64,000 bases of DNA from positions 1,048,668-1,112,667 of the forward strand of contig CALSNJ010000002.1 in NCBI GenBank assembly GCA_943787745.1, read 5' to 3'. Origin of the DNA: an uncultured Alphaproteobacteria bacterium. GTDB taxonomy: Bacteria > Pseudomonadota > Alphaproteobacteria > UBA6615. The position numbers and the translations under genes are program-made. The notes under the pieces are model-generated. The model did not search any database, was not told where the DNA came from, and saw only the letters and a program-made list of their open reading frames with translations. Of the stretch, positions 19,207-30,328 are shown one piece after another; within the stretch, counting starts at the first letter, position 1, and every line of letters starts with the position of its first letter.

Positions 19207-20600
19207 AGCAGTACGATTGCTGCCAGCCCCAGGAAGGCCATGAAACCGACAACGTCTGTGATGGTGGTCAGAATGACGGCGGACCCGACGGCGGGATCAA
19301 CTTTCATTTTCTGAAGCACGATGGGGATCGTGACTCCTGCAAAGCCTGCAATCAGCATATTCACGATCATAGCCGCACCGATCACGATGCCAATCGCGGC
19401 GTCGCCGAACCATGCCCAGGTCACGAGCCCGACCAAACACGCGAAGAGGATACCGTTGATGCCACCAACGATGACCTCTTTTCCGACGATGCGCGCGGCA
19501 TTTGTCGGCGTCAGCTCTTTCATCGCCAGCGCGCGCACCGCAACAGTCAGCGTCTGTGTGCCCGCGTTTCCGCCCATCGAGGCAACAATCGGCATCAGGA
19601 CCGCCAGCGCCACCACCCTTTCGATTGCGGCATCAAACAGGCTGATCACGAGTGACGCGACAATTGCCGTTCCCAGATTGACGAGAAGCCATGAGAAGCG
19701 CGCACGGGTGGTCTCAAAGACAGCTTCATAGAAGTCATCTTCCTGCACACCACCAAGTCGCAGAAAATCTTCCTCGGCTTCTTCCTGAATGACATGGACC
19801 ACGTCATCGGCCGTGATGACGCCGACCAGTTGGCCGTTTTCATTGACCACCGGCGCGGAAACAAGCGCGTACTGCGTGAACATCAGGGCGACTTCTTCCT
19901 GATCCATCTCTACATAAGCCGAACGCAATTCGGTCAGCATGATGTCATCAATCCGAACATCGCGCTGGTTGCGCATCAACCGGGAAAGCGGGATCGTTCC
20001 CACCGGAATCCGCTCTTCATCAACAGCATAAATCTCGTAGAAATCACGCGGCAAGCTGGCGGCTCGGTTGCGCAGATAGTCGATGGTGTTGCCGACAGAC
20101 CAATCCTTGGGAACTGTCACCAACTCGCGCTGCATCAAGCGACCGGCACTGTCTTCCGGATAGGTCATTGCCTGTTCGAGCAAGGCGCGGTCCGAAGGAG
20201 AAAGCTGCAGCAGGACACCTTTCTGATCAGCCTCCGGGATATCCTCGAACACATCGAGTGCATCATCCGTATCCAACTCGGAAAGCACGGCTGCCACTTC
20301 TTCAGGCTCAAGGATTTCCAGAACATCTTCGCGGACAACATCGTCCATATGCGTCAGGAGTTCCGGATCGAGATGATCACGCACATGGTCGAGAAGCTTG
20401 CGCCGGTTTTCGCCCACCAGCTCTTCAAGCAAATCGGCAAGATCTGATACATGAAGCCCGGAAATCAGACTTTCGACTTCCTCCATCCGACCGTCAGCCA
20501 CAGCCGCGTCACACGCACGCACAAGGGCTTCATCGACGCCATAGCCCCGCTCAGGCTCGTCAACCACAGCTTCCAGGCTAATTTGTGCCTGATCCGTCAT
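19203..20600 (-). CDS. mgtE: Magnesium transporter MgtE
   Basis: 465 aa: N-domain, tandem CBS domains and a C-terminal 5-TM MgtE domain. Stop overlaps the S9 peptidase start (ATGA). Confidence 0.88.
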   Translation of the reverse strand: MTDQAQISLEAVVDEPERGYGVDEALVRACDAAVADGRMEEVESLISGLHVSDLADLLEELVGENRRKLLDHVRDHLDPELLTHMDDVVREDVLEILEPEEVAAVLSELDTDDALDVFEDIPEADQKGVLLQLSPSDRALLEQAMTYPEDSAGRLMQRELVTVPKDWSVGNTIDYLRNRAASLPRDFYEIYAVDEERIPVGTIPLSRLMRNQRDVRIDDIMLTELRSAYVEMDQEEVALMFTQYALVSAPVVNENGQLVGVITADDVVHVIQEEAEEDFLRLGGVQEDDFYEAVFETTRARFSWLLVNLGTAIVASLVISLFDAAIERVVALAVLMPIVASMGGNAGTQTLTVAVRALAMKELTPTNAARIVGKEVIVGGINGILFACLVGLVTWAWFGDAAIGIVIGAAMIVNMLIAGFAGVTIPIVLQKMKVDPAVGSAVILTTITDVVGFMAFLGLAAIVLL

Positions 20601-22888
20601 ATCGCCAATTCATCTTGGCGGATGCTGTGCTGAGCTCCGACAGCAGCCACTGCGCACATATTCAAAAGACCGCGCGCCGTTACCGACGGCGTAACGATAT
20701 GTGCAGAACGCGCCGCACCAACGAGAATTGGCCCCACGGCCAGGCCATCAGCGAGCGTCTTGAGTAGATTGAAGGCAATGTTGGCAGCGTCCTGATCCGG
20801 CATGACGAGAAGGTTCGCCTGCCCCTCGAGAGAACTGTTGGGAAAAATACGTTCGCGGATCTCATAATCGATTGCCGCGTCCGCATGCATCTCGCCCTCC
20901 ACCTGAATGTCAGGCGCCTTTTCACTGACCAACATTCGCGCACGCCGCATCTTTTGCGCCGAGGCCGAGTTCGAGCTCCCGAAATTCGAGTGTGAAAGCA
21001 GCGCAACACGTGGGTTCATGCCAAAGCGACGAACCTGCTCCGCCGCCAGAATGGTCATCTCGGCAACTTCTTCGGCAGTCGGGTCTGGCGTGACATAGGT
21101 ATCTGTCAGGAAGAAGGTTCCCTTGGACAGGATCAGGACCGAGACAGCCGACATTTCATTTACGCCAGCCTGGTAACCGATAATATCCCGCAGGTGCTGC
21201 AAATGTCGGTCATAGCGCCCCTCACTCCCACAGATCATGGCATCCGCATCGCCGCGCATCACAGCCAGAGCCGCGATCACCGTGGAATTGGTGCGAACGC
21301 GCGTGCGCGCTTCATCTGGCGAAACACCACTGCGTTGGGCGAGCTTGTGATAGAGCTGCCAGTAGTCCCGATAACGCGGATCATCCTGAGGGTCGATAAT
21401 CTCGCAATCTTCACCCGGCTTGAAGTTCAATCCAAGGCGTTCGACCCGGTTGCGAACAATATCAGGCCGGCCGATCAGGATGGGCTGAGCGATCCCTTCG
21501 TCAATAGCAGCCTTGGCAGCCCGCAAAACACGATCATCCTCACCCTCCGCCAGAACAACTGTCCTGAGTTCCGCCTTGGCGCGATCAAAAATCGGGCGCA
21601 TGAGCATATCGGACCGAAACACAAAGCGGCTGAGCTGATCAATATAAGCGTCAAAATCCTCAATCGGTCGTGTCGCAACGCCCGTTGCCATGGCCGCGCG
21701 GGCCACAGCAGGGGCAACCTCGACGATCAGACGGGGATCGAATGGGCTGGGAATGATTGAATCCGCCCCGAATTTCGTAACCTGGCCACCATAGGCCGAC
21801 GCCACAACGTCAGACGTTTCTTTCATCGCAAGATTTGCAATCGCATCAACAGCCGCGATCTTCATCTCTTCGTTGATATCAGTCGCTCCGACATCGAGTG
21901 CGCCCCGGAAAATATGCGGAAAACACAGAACGTTATTGACCTGGTTGGGGTAGTCCGAGCGACCACTTGCAATCAACGCATCTGGCCGGGCAGCTCTGGC
22001 CTCTTCCGGCATGATTTCTGGAGTTGGATTGGCGAGCGCAAAGATCAATGGCGTATCTGCCATCTTCGCCACCATTTCGGGCTTCAGCACACCGGGTGCT
22101 GAAAGCCCGAGAAAAATATCCGCCCCTTCGATGACGTCGTCGAGGGTCCGTGCATCCGTCTCCTGTGCGTAGACCTCAAGATACGGGTTCATGCCCTTCT
22201 CACGGCCCTTGTAAACCACGCCATTGATATCGGTGAGCGTGACATTCGCGACTGGCAAACCCATGCTTACCAGCAAATGGGTGCAGGCGAGCGCTGCAGC
22301 TCCGCCGCCCGACGTAACAAGTCGCACATCCTGAATTTTCTTGTTTGCCAACCGGAGCGCATTGCGAACCGCAGCCCCCACAATGATCGCGGTTCCATGC
22401 TGGTCGTCATGGAAAACCGGAATGTTCATTCTCTCGCGGAGTTTTCTTTCAATTTCAAAGCATTCCGGCGCCTTGATGTCCTCAAGATTGATCCCTCCAA
22501 AGGTCGGCTCAAGGGCTGCGACAACATCGACAAATTTATCAATATCGGTCTCATCAACCTCGATATCGAAAACGTCGATCCCTGCAAATTTCTTGAACAG
22601 GACCGCTTTGCCTTCCATCACAGGTTTGGATGCCAGCGGCCCGATATTGCCCAGGCCAAGTACCGCGGTACCATTTGTGACAACGCCGACCAAATTTGCG
22701 CGAATGGTCAACTCAGAGGCCATACTTGGGTCCTCTGCGATTGCCAGAGAGGCGTGAGCAACACCTGGGGTGTAAGCACGGGAAAGGTCTCGCTGGTTGG
22801 CCAACGGCTTTGTCGCGACAACTTCGACCTTTCCAGGCCGTCCTTCTCGATGATACCGCAATGCGGTTTCGCGCATATCTTCAGCCAC
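20597..22888 (-). CDS. maeB: NADP-dependent malic enzyme (malic + PTA-like domains)
   Basis: 763 aa. The N-terminal malic-enzyme Rossmann region plus a C-terminal phosphotransacetylase-like domain is the typical MaeB architecture. Confidence 0.9.
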   Translation of the reverse strand: MAEDMRETALRYHREGRPGKVEVVATKPLANQRDLSRAYTPGVAHASLAIAEDPSMASELTIRANLVGVVTNGTAVLGLGNIGPLASKPVMEGKAVLFKKFAGIDVFDIEVDETDIDKFVDVVAALEPTFGGINLEDIKAPECFEIERKLRERMNIPVFHDDQHGTAIIVGAAVRNALRLANKKIQDVRLVTSGGGAAALACTHLLVSMGLPVANVTLTDINGVVYKGREKGMNPYLEVYAQETDARTLDDVIEGADIFLGLSAPGVLKPEMVAKMADTPLIFALANPTPEIMPEEARAARPDALIASGRSDYPNQVNNVLCFPHIFRGALDVGATDINEEMKIAAVDAIANLAMKETSDVVASAYGGQVTKFGADSIIPSPFDPRLIVEVAPAVARAAMATGVATRPIEDFDAYIDQLSRFVFRSDMLMRPIFDRAKAELRTVVLAEGEDDRVLRAAKAAIDEGIAQPILIGRPDIVRNRVERLGLNFKPGEDCEIIDPQDDPRYRDYWQLYHKLAQRSGVSPDEARTRVRTNSTVIAALAVMRGDADAMICGSEGRYDRHLQHLRDIIGYQAGVNEMSAVSVLILSKGTFFLTDTYVTPDPTAEEVAEMTILAAEQVRRFGMNPRVALLSHSNFGSSNSASAQKMRRARMLVSEKAPDIQVEGEMHADAAIDYEIRERIFPNSSLEGQANLLVMPDQDAANIAFNLLKTLADGLAVGPILVGAARSAHIVTPSVTARGLLNMCAVAAVGAQHSIRQDELAI

Positions 22889-23000
22889 GTCTCAATCCCC
22901 GTTTCGATGGATATCTTGTTTAGATGCGCGTTCCGCTCGCAGGTGGCAACCGGAAAACGGGAAAATCGGGTACAAGGGCACTATATTCCTCGAGAAAGAC

Positions 23001-23678
23001 ATGAACACGACACTCAAAACAAAACTTGGTCGCCCCGCAGGTTCACCACCGGTGGAATGGCAGACCCGATCAGGCCTCACCCCTTATCCCGAGGCCGTTT
23101 CCGCGATGGAAGAGCGTGTGGCGGACATCCGGGACGGCAAGGCGCGCGAACTTGTCTGGCTGGTCGAACACCCACCCCTCTACACCTCGGGCACAAGTGC
23201 GCGCGTAGAGGACTTGCTCGAACCCGATCGGTTTCCGGTCTTTGATACCGGGCGCGGTGGCCAATACACCTATCATGGTCCGGGTCAGCGCGTGGCCTAT
23301 GCGATGATGGATCTGCGCGAACGCGGGCAGGACCTGCGCACATATGTCCGCGGCCTTGAAGGCTGGGTGATCGATGCACTCGCGCAGTTTGATATCAAGG
23401 GTGAACGCCGTGACGGGCGCGTGGGGATCTGGGTAGCTCACGCTGATGGCCGTGAAGACAAGATTGCCGCGATCGGTGTGCGGGTGCGCGGTTGGGTGAC
23501 CTATCACGGCATCTCGATCAATGTCGCACCGGATCTCGACCATTTCTCGGGCATCGTCCCCTGCGGTATCGGGGATGAAGGGCTAGGGGTCACAAGCCTG
23601 AGAGATCTTGGCGTGAATGCCAGCCTCGAAGACGTCGACGCGATTCTCAAAAAGAGCTTCAGTAACATCTTCGGCTAG
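23001..23678 (+). CDS. lipB: Octanoyltransferase LipB
   Basis: 225 aa with [14 protein letters not shown] and [15 protein letters not shown]. Confidence 0.88.
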   Translation: MNTTLKTKLGRPAGSPPVEWQTRSGLTPYPEAVSAMEERVADIRDGKARELVWLVEHPPLYTSGTSARVEDLLEPDRFPVFDTGRGGQYTYHGPGQRVAYAMMDLRERGQDLRTYVRGLEGWVIDALAQFDIKGERRDGRVGIWVAHADGREDKIAAIGVRVRGWVTYHGISINVAPDLDHFSGIVPCGIGDEGLGVTSLRDLGVNASLEDVDAILKKSFSNIFG

Positions 23679-23681
23679 TGT

Positions 23682-23981
23682 TCAGCGGATCTCGGCCGTC
23701 GAACGCTGCCGAAACCCCTGACCCGCAAATTCGCTTGCCTTCAGGGGTTCGCAGAAAACATTCTCCACCGAAGCCGCCGGCGGTCCATCCGCACAATTCC
23801 CGACCATGCGTTCGACCTGCGCAGCCGGCCCGCAGAACACCGCCTCCACTGAACCGTCTGTGCGATTGCGAACCCAGCCATCGAGACAAAGGTCGCGCGC
23901 AAGGTTAACCGTCCAAGCACGAAACCAGACGCCTTGGACACGACCAGAAATCACAACCCGCGTCGCCAGGACATCGGACAC
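23682..23981 (-). CDS. acyP: Acylphosphatase
   Basis: 99 aa with GRVQGVWFR and GWVRNRTDGSVE. GTG start overlaps the pccA stop. Confidence 0.8.
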   Translation of the reverse strand: MSDVLATRVVISGRVQGVWFRAWTVNLARDLCLDGWVRNRTDGSVEAVFCGPAAQVERMVGNCADGPPAASVENVFCEPLKASEFAGQGFRQRSTAEIR

Positions 23982-25969
23982 TATTCAAACTCGATAATCG
24001 CCTGATCGACACTCAAGCTGTCGCCCGATGCGGCGTGGACGGTTTTCACGACACCATCGGCACTGGCGCGAAGAACATTCTCCATCTTCATCGCCTCTAT
24101 AACGGCGACCTCTTCGCCGGCAAGAACCTTAACCCCTTCCTCAACCGACAAAGACACCAACAGCCCCGGCATCGGTGAGAGCACGAACTTGCTCATATCC
24201 GGTGGTTCTTTCTCCGGCATCAATACCGCGAGCTTTGCAGCACGTGGGGTCAAAACTCTCAGCGAGGCCTCAACCCCGCGATGGGTCACGCGATAGGAAA
24301 CGCCCAGCCGATCGATCTGGAAAATTGCGGCTTCCCCATCGAGACGAGCGGCAAAAACGGGATCGCCGAGCGACCAATTCGTATCCAGCGCAATTGTGTG
24401 ATCTCTCACGCTGATATCCGCACCGTCTTCGCGGAATGTTACGGAGGCCGCATTCATTTCGCCGCCAATTTGAACCTGCCAGTCCTGCACGTTACGCGGG
24501 ATACCGGGTTCGCCGGCATGACCTGACTGATTGGCGCGACCGGCATAGCGCGCATGTACAAACGTCGCGACAGCGCAGAACCTGTCCAGAAGATCGCCCT
24601 CTGGTGCCAGTGGCGCGTAACCGTCAGGATACTCTTCTGCAATGAAGTTGGTTGTGAAGTCGCCCGAGGCAAAGCGCGGATGGGAAATGATCGAGGCCAA
24701 AAATGCGGTGTTGTGACCCGTTCCGCGAATATAATAGCCATCGAGCGCATCCTGCATCCGGATGATCGCCGCATTGCGATCCGCGCCGTGGGTCGCCAGT
24801 TTTGCGATCATCGGGTCGTAATACATTGAAATTTCCGAGCCCTCACCGACCCCGGTATCTATCCGGACACTTCCCTCCTCTTGGACTGGGGCGCGGTAGC
24901 GCGCCAGACGTCCGATTGCCGGCAGGAAATTACGCGCGGGATCCTCGGCATAAACCCGGGATTCGATCGCCCAGCCATCGACCTTCACATCATCCTGGGA
25001 GATCGACAGCTTTTCGCCATCAGCAACCCGAATCATCTGTTCGACCAGATCAAGCCCCGTGATCATCTCGGTGACAGGATGCTCCACCTGAAGTCGCGTG
25101 TTCATCTCGAGGAAGTAAAAATTCTGATCCTTGTCGACGATGAACTCGACAGTCCCGGCGGACCGATATCCAACGGCACGGGAAAGTGCACAGGCCTGTT
25201 CCCCCATCGCCTGTCGGGTCTCTTCCTTCAGGAAAGGTGACGGCGCTTCCTCAATGACCTTCTGGTGACGGCGCTGAATGGAACATTCGCGCTCACCTAG
25301 ATGGATCACGTTGCCATGGGAATCCGCGAGCACCTGAATCTCAATATGGCGCGGCTCAACGACGAATTTTTCGATAAAAATACGATCATCGCCAAAGCTT
25401 GACCGGGCCTCGTTCTGCGCAGAGCGAAACCCTTCTGCGACCTCATCGTCACTTGCGGCAATACGCATGCCCTTGCCACCGCCGCCAGCCGACGCCTTGA
25501 TCATCACCGGATAGCCGATTTCCCGCGCGATCTTCAGCGCCTCGGTATCGTCAGCGATAATCCCCATATGCCCCGGGACCGTGGTTACCCCTGCGGCATC
25601 CGCCAGCTTTTTGGATTCGATCTTGTCGCCCATGGCTGCAATGGCGTCCGGCGGAGGTCCAATAAACGCAATTCCTTCGGCTTCCAGAGCACGAGCAAAA
25701 TCAGCATTCTCAGAGAGAAACCCGTATCCCGGGTGAACAGCTTCAGCTCCGGTCTGCCGAATGGCGTCCAGAATTTTGTCGGCAATCAGATAACTTTCAG
25801 CGGCCGGTGACGGGCCTATATGAACGGCTTCATCGGCCATCCGGACAGCAAGCGACCCCGCATCAGCGTCCGAATAGACAGCCACAGTTGCAATACCCAT
25901 GTCCCGAGCAGTTCGGATGACACGGCAGGCGATTTCGCCCCGATTGGCGATGAGGATTTTCGAAAACAT
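23981..25969 (-). CDS. pccA: Propionyl-CoA (acyl-CoA) carboxylase alpha subunit: biotin carboxylase + BCCP
   Basis: 662 aa. ATP-grasp biotin carboxylase with a C-terminal biotinyl motif EAMKMEN. Confidence 0.88.
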   Translation of the reverse strand: MFSKILIANRGEIACRVIRTARDMGIATVAVYSDADAGSLAVRMADEAVHIGPSPAAESYLIADKILDAIRQTGAEAVHPGYGFLSENADFARALEAEGIAFIGPPPDAIAAMGDKIESKKLADAAGVTTVPGHMGIIADDTEALKIAREIGYPVMIKASAGGGGKGMRIAASDDEVAEGFRSAQNEARSSFGDDRIFIEKFVVEPRHIEIQVLADSHGNVIHLGERECSIQRRHQKVIEEAPSPFLKEETRQAMGEQACALSRAVGYRSAGTVEFIVDKDQNFYFLEMNTRLQVEHPVTEMITGLDLVEQMIRVADGEKLSISQDDVKVDGWAIESRVYAEDPARNFLPAIGRLARYRAPVQEEGSVRIDTGVGEGSEISMYYDPMIAKLATHGADRNAAIIRMQDALDGYYIRGTGHNTAFLASIISHPRFASGDFTTNFIAEEYPDGYAPLAPEGDLLDRFCAVATFVHARYAGRANQSGHAGEPGIPRNVQDWQVQIGGEMNAASVTFREDGADISVRDHTIALDTNWSLGDPVFAARLDGEAAIFQIDRLGVSYRVTHRGVEASLRVLTPRAAKLAVLMPEKEPPDMSKFVLSPMPGLLVSLSVEEGVKVLAGEEVAVIEAMKMENVLRASADGVVKTVHAASGDSLSVDQAIIEFE

Positions 25970-26077
25970 GATGAGAAACTAAGCAAGCATGTTGCAGCGC
26001 GCAATGGATGATCGAGAGTGTTTTTACATTGTGAGAAGCCAGCGTAGACGCGAACGCCTGACATACGTAGCCTGCGC

Positions 26078-27934
26078 ATGATGAGTGAGGCACGACACAC
26101 GACAATACCGACACGCATGAGAGCGTCTCTGTCCGCTGTCCTGGTTGGTGGCGTGACTCTGCTGATCCTTCTCGCGGTCGGAAGTGTACTCTGGATCACA
26201 CTCACCAGCGCGACGCGAAACACATTTGAACTTCTTGGACAAAGGGCAAATGCCACCCTGGACGTGCTTGAAGCCAAGGTTGATGGCCAGTTGCTGTCCG
26301 TCATGGGCGGCACGGAAGAATTCGCAGATCAATTCGCCGATGGCCGCCTGAACATCAAAGACAAGCGCGACAATGTATTCCATGCATTTTCGGGCTTTCT
26401 CTCAGCCCATCCGCAGGTCACAGCGCTGCTCTATTTGGATGTCGAACTGGATTCAATCGTTGTCTCCCGGAGCGAAGGATATCCGATCGAAGTGCCGTCC
26501 ACCCCGGCGTCAACGGAGCGAAGAAGTTTTGCCTTGAACCTCGCCCGCACACATCGCCACCCGGTCTGGGGCGACCCAATCTGGGTTTCAGATATCGGAC
26601 AACCCGTCCTCACCTATATCGCACCGGTTAAACGAGGAGATGACTTGCTGGGGGTCATGGTCGCCCCTGTCGTTCTGACAAATGTTTCGGCTTTCCTTCT
26701 CGATCTCGAGACCAAGGGCGACCTGAGCGCCTTCATTCTCCACAATCGGGACCGGGTCCTTGCACACCCAAGGATGAAAGAGGCTGACTTCAGCAAAACG
26801 AACACGGTCACACAGACCCCGCTACCGCTCCTGCAGGATATGTCCGACCCTGCATTCGACCTGCTCACAGGTGGCGGAGATGAGGCGACCCTGCTTCTGG
26901 AGTACGCTGCAGATATCACCAATGCACGCGTTGGCGAGGACTTGATTGTCCTGACACGTGACACCGACAAGTTTGGCCCAGCAGTCTGGACGCTCGGAGT
27001 CACGTTTCAGCGCGCAATCGTAGGTCAGGAAGTCGACCGCCTCGTCACAACAGCAATTGTCGGCAGCATTATCCTTGTTCTCGCTGTGGTTCTTGGTTTT
27101 GTTTTGGCCCGGTACCTCAATCGCCAGATCGGACGACTGGTGACCTCCGCAGGCGCACTCACCGAGCTGGACATCAATGCAGCACCGAACGTGCCTGACA
27201 GTCGCATCCGGGAGTTGTCGGACGCGGCTCAAGCTTTCAATCGTATGATTGCAGCACTTCGCCTGTTCGAGGTCTATGTCCCCAAGCAACTTGTGCTCCG
27301 GATGATGCAGCGAGGCGAAGAAGTCGAAACAACGCAGGAACGCGTTGTGACAGTCATGTTTACTGATATTCGCGGGTTTTCGACCATCGCCGAGCATATG
27401 GATGCAACGGGAATCGCTGAACTGTTAAACCTGCATTTTGACATGCTGGCGGGTCCAATCGAGGCAGAAGGCGGGACCGTCGACAAGTACATCGGTGACG
27501 CCATCATGGCATTCTGGGGTGCACCCGAGGAAATGCCCGATCATGCCGCTCGCGCAATGCGGGCGGCAGCCGAAATCCAGCGCGTTGTTCATGCAGACAA
27601 TGAACGACGACGCGCCAATGGAGAACCGTTACTGGCCGTCCGTGTGGGCGTTCACACCGGCCCCGTGGTTGTTGGCAATATCGGCTCGCGAAACCGGATC
27701 AACTACACAATTGTGGGAGATGCCGTGAATATCGCATCGCGCATCGACTCACTCGCCAAACAAATCGCCAAGGATGAGGACTGTATTGTTCTGGTCAGCA
27801 GCGACACTTGCGATCACGCACAGGCTGGGCCAAACGACGGCTATGACCTTTCCGCCATGGGCGAGCAAGAAATTCGCGGCCGTCAGGGAACCGTCCGAAT
27901 ATTCCGGCTGGACGCACATGAAACAGATCGGTAA
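26078..27934 (+). CDS. Membrane sensor class-III adenylate/guanylate cyclase (periplasmic sensor, TM, HAMP, CYC domain)
   Basis: 618 aa with two TM helices flanking a ~280-aa periplasmic domain. Cyclase motifs: VTVMFTDIRGFS, KYIGDAIMAFWGAP, YTIVGDAVNIASRI. Confidence 0.85.
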   Translation: MMSEARHTTIPTRMRASLSAVLVGGVTLLILLAVGSVLWITLTSATRNTFELLGQRANATLDVLEAKVDGQLLSVMGGTEEFADQFADGRLNIKDKRDNVFHAFSGFLSAHPQVTALLYLDVELDSIVVSRSEGYPIEVPSTPASTERRSFALNLARTHRHPVWGDPIWVSDIGQPVLTYIAPVKRGDDLLGVMVAPVVLTNVSAFLLDLETKGDLSAFILHNRDRVLAHPRMKEADFSKTNTVTQTPLPLLQDMSDPAFDLLTGGGDEATLLLEYAADITNARVGEDLIVLTRDTDKFGPAVWTLGVTFQRAIVGQEVDRLVTTAIVGSIILVLAVVLGFVLARYLNRQIGRLVTSAGALTELDINAAPNVPDSRIRELSDAAQAFNRMIAALRLFEVYVPKQLVLRMMQRGEEVETTQERVVTVMFTDIRGFSTIAEHMDATGIAELLNLHFDMLAGPIEAEGGTVDKYIGDAIMAFWGAPEEMPDHAARAMRAAAEIQRVVHADNERRRANGEPLLAVRVGVHTGPVVVGNIGSRNRINYTIVGDAVNIASRIDSLAKQIAKDEDCIVLVSSDTCDHAQAGPNDGYDLSAMGEQEIRGRQGTVRIFRLDAHETDR

Positions 27935-27946
27935 TCAACGCGCATC

Positions 27947-28687
27947 ATGAACACCGAAGAACTCCAGCAGCGGATTGCTGCGTTCCCCTACTGGTATCAT
28001 CGAATCGAGTTGGTTGATGGGGTCACAACACCGGGCTGGGCACCAATTTCCGCCGACGCCTACCGTATTCCCGACGACCTGTCTGGAAAGCGCGTTCTGG
28101 ATATCGGCGCATGGGATGGCTACTGGACATTCGAAGCCATGAAGCGGGGAGCCGAACAGGTCATCGCGATCGATGATTTCTCGGACTTCGTTGGCGAGCT
28201 GGAAAGCAAAGACAGGAAAGCCTGGGAGAATTTCGATCTTTGCCGTGAGGCGCTTGGTTATGACCACGAGGCCTGCCAGCGTCACGAAATGACAATCTAT
28301 GACCTCACGCCCGAGACATTCGGGATGTTCGATGTCGTGTTCTGTTTTGGCGTGCTCTATCACCTGCGCTGGCCGATGTATGCGATCGACAAATTGTCGG
28401 ATGTCTGCACCGGCGATCTCTTCATGGAATCGGCCGTTTCAGATGATTTCAGCGCTTACCGCGGTGGTCTTGGGAAGGGATTCGGATCCGACATGGTTGC
28501 CGAGTTCTATCCCAATGACGAATACGGTGAGAACGAGACCAATTGGTGGGCTCCCACTCTCCGATGCATGGGAAGCATGGTCAAAGCATCCGGTTTTGAA
28601 ACCGTGCGCGGCTGGAAGCTCACCGACAACCCACAACGAATCTCGCAGTGCCGCGGTTTCGTTTGGGGCAGCAAAACTTCCGACTAG
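27947..28687 (+). CDS. CmoB-like / DUF1698-family SAM-dependent methyltransferase (short form)
   Basis: 246 aa. YHRIELVDGVTTPGW, GKRVLDIGAWDGYW and FDVVFCFGVLYHLRWP parallel CmoB motifs. Confidence 0.65.
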   Translation: MNTEELQQRIAAFPYWYHRIELVDGVTTPGWAPISADAYRIPDDLSGKRVLDIGAWDGYWTFEAMKRGAEQVIAIDDFSDFVGELESKDRKAWENFDLCREALGYDHEACQRHEMTIYDLTPETFGMFDVVFCFGVLYHLRWPMYAIDKLSDVCTGDLFMESAVSDDFSAYRGGLGKGFGSDMVAEFYPNDEYGENETNWWAPTLRCMGSMVKASGFETVRGWKLTDNPQRISQCRGFVWGSKTSD

Positions 28688-28717
28688 GCCACATCTGCCA
28701 GCACCACGAACTCGACG

Positions 28718-30250
28718 CTAGAGCGGAATATTATCGTGCTTCTTCCAGGGGTTCTCGAGTTGCTTGTCTTCGAGCAACCGAAGCGCCCGGCAGAGTCGCC
28801 GACGGGTGTTTCGCGGATGGATCACGTCGTCGATGAATCCCCTTTGCGCCGCGATGAACGGATTGGCGAAACGCTGCCGGTATTCCTCGGTCAGCTCCTC
28901 AATTCGTTCAGGATTGTCACGCTCTTCCCGATAGATGATTTCCACGGCCCCTTTGGACCCCATCACCGCGATTTCCGCTGTCGGCCAGGCATAATTCAAA
29001 TCACCACGAATGTGCTTGGACGACATCACATCATAGGCGCCGCCATAGGCCTTGCGCGTGATCAGTGTGACCTTGGGCACGGTGGCTTCGGCATAGGCAA
29101 ACAGCAGCTTGGCACCATGCTTGATGATGCCGCCATATTCCTGGGACGTACCGGGCAGGAACCCCGGAACATCGACAAAGGTAACAATCGGAATGTTGAA
29201 GCAATCGCAGAAGCGTACAAACCGCGCTGCTTTCTTGGATGAATCAATGTCCAGACAACCGGCCAACACCATGGGCTGGTTGGCGACAAAGCCCACCGTG
29301 CGGCCCTCCATGCGACCAAACCCGATGATGATGTTTGCTGCATGGTCACGCTGCAACTCAAAGAAGTCTCCTTCATCGATCACTTTCGTGATCAATTCCT
29401 TCATGTCGTAGGGCTTCTGCGGGTCCGGCGGGATTAGCGTTTCCAGCGACGGCTCCACGCGATCATAGGGATCGCTGGTCGGCCAGACCGGTGGGTCCTC
29501 ACGATTGCTCATCGGCATGAAGTCATAAAAGCGACGCAGTTCCAGCAGGGTATCCACGTCGTTCTCGAAGGCGCCATCGGCCACGCTGGATTTGGTGGTA
29601 TGTGTACTCGCGCCGCCAAGTTGCTCCTGCGTGACGTCTTCATGGGTAACGGTTTTGACCACCTCCGGACCGGTCACGAACATGTAGGAGGTATCCTGAA
29701 CCATGAAGATGAAATCCGTCATGGCTGGCGAATAGACCGCACCACCAGCACAGGGGCCCATAATCGCCGAAATTTGGGGGATCACGCCCGAAGCGTTGAC
29801 GTTGCGCTGGAACACCTCGGCATAGCCCGCGAGCGAGCCCACGCCCTCCTGAATGCGGGCCCCGCCCGAGTCATTCAACCCAATGACCGGTGCCCCCACC
29901 TTCATGGCCATATCCATGACTTTGCAGATTTTCAGCGCATGTGCTTCTGACAGGGAACCACCAAACACGGTGAAATCCTGCGAGAACACAAAGACTTTGC
30001 GGCCATTGATCAGGCCCCATCCCGTGACGACGCCATCACCGGGAATAGGCTCGATATCTGCGGTCATCTCGTTTGGGGCCTGTTCGACAAACATATCGAA
30101 CTCCTCAAACGTCTCATCGTCGAGCAGAATTTCCAGGCGCTCCCGCGCCGTCAGCTTTCCCTTGGCATGCTGGGATTCTATGCGGCGTTCGCCGCCGCCC
30201 AACCGTGCACGGGCGCGACGAATTTCCAACTGCTCCAGAATATCCTGCAT
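28718..30250 (-). CDS. pccB: Propionyl-CoA carboxylase beta subunit (carboxyltransferase)
   Basis: Two crotonase-fold carboxyltransferase domains. Start set at MQDILEQLE (ATG 30250, 510 aa). The tool ORF extends to TTG 30286. Confidence 0.88.
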   Translation of the reverse strand: MQDILEQLEIRRARARLGGGERRIESQHAKGKLTARERLEILLDDETFEEFDMFVEQAPNEMTADIEPIPGDGVVTGWGLINGRKVFVFSQDFTVFGGSLSEAHALKICKVMDMAMKVGAPVIGLNDSGGARIQEGVGSLAGYAEVFQRNVNASGVIPQISAIMGPCAGGAVYSPAMTDFIFMVQDTSYMFVTGPEVVKTVTHEDVTQEQLGGASTHTTKSSVADGAFENDVDTLLELRRFYDFMPMSNREDPPVWPTSDPYDRVEPSLETLIPPDPQKPYDMKELITKVIDEGDFFELQRDHAANIIIGFGRMEGRTVGFVANQPMVLAGCLDIDSSKKAARFVRFCDCFNIPIVTFVDVPGFLPGTSQEYGGIIKHGAKLLFAYAEATVPKVTLITRKAYGGAYDVMSSKHIRGDLNYAWPTAEIAVMGSKGAVEIIYREERDNPERIEELTEEYRQRFANPFIAAQRGFIDDVIHPRNTRRRLCRALRLLEDKQLENPWKKHDNIPL

Positions 30251-30328
30251 AACCATTCCCTGATCGCGTTGCGTGAGCATTTTCAATAGCAGTTTTGATC
30301 CGGCTTAGGCCAGATTGGCCGGCCCGAT

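Noticed and set aside
22277-23245. 322-aa +-strand ORF spanning the maeB start and the lipB start
   Set aside because: Overlaps two well-supported genes in other frames and strands, and has no motif.
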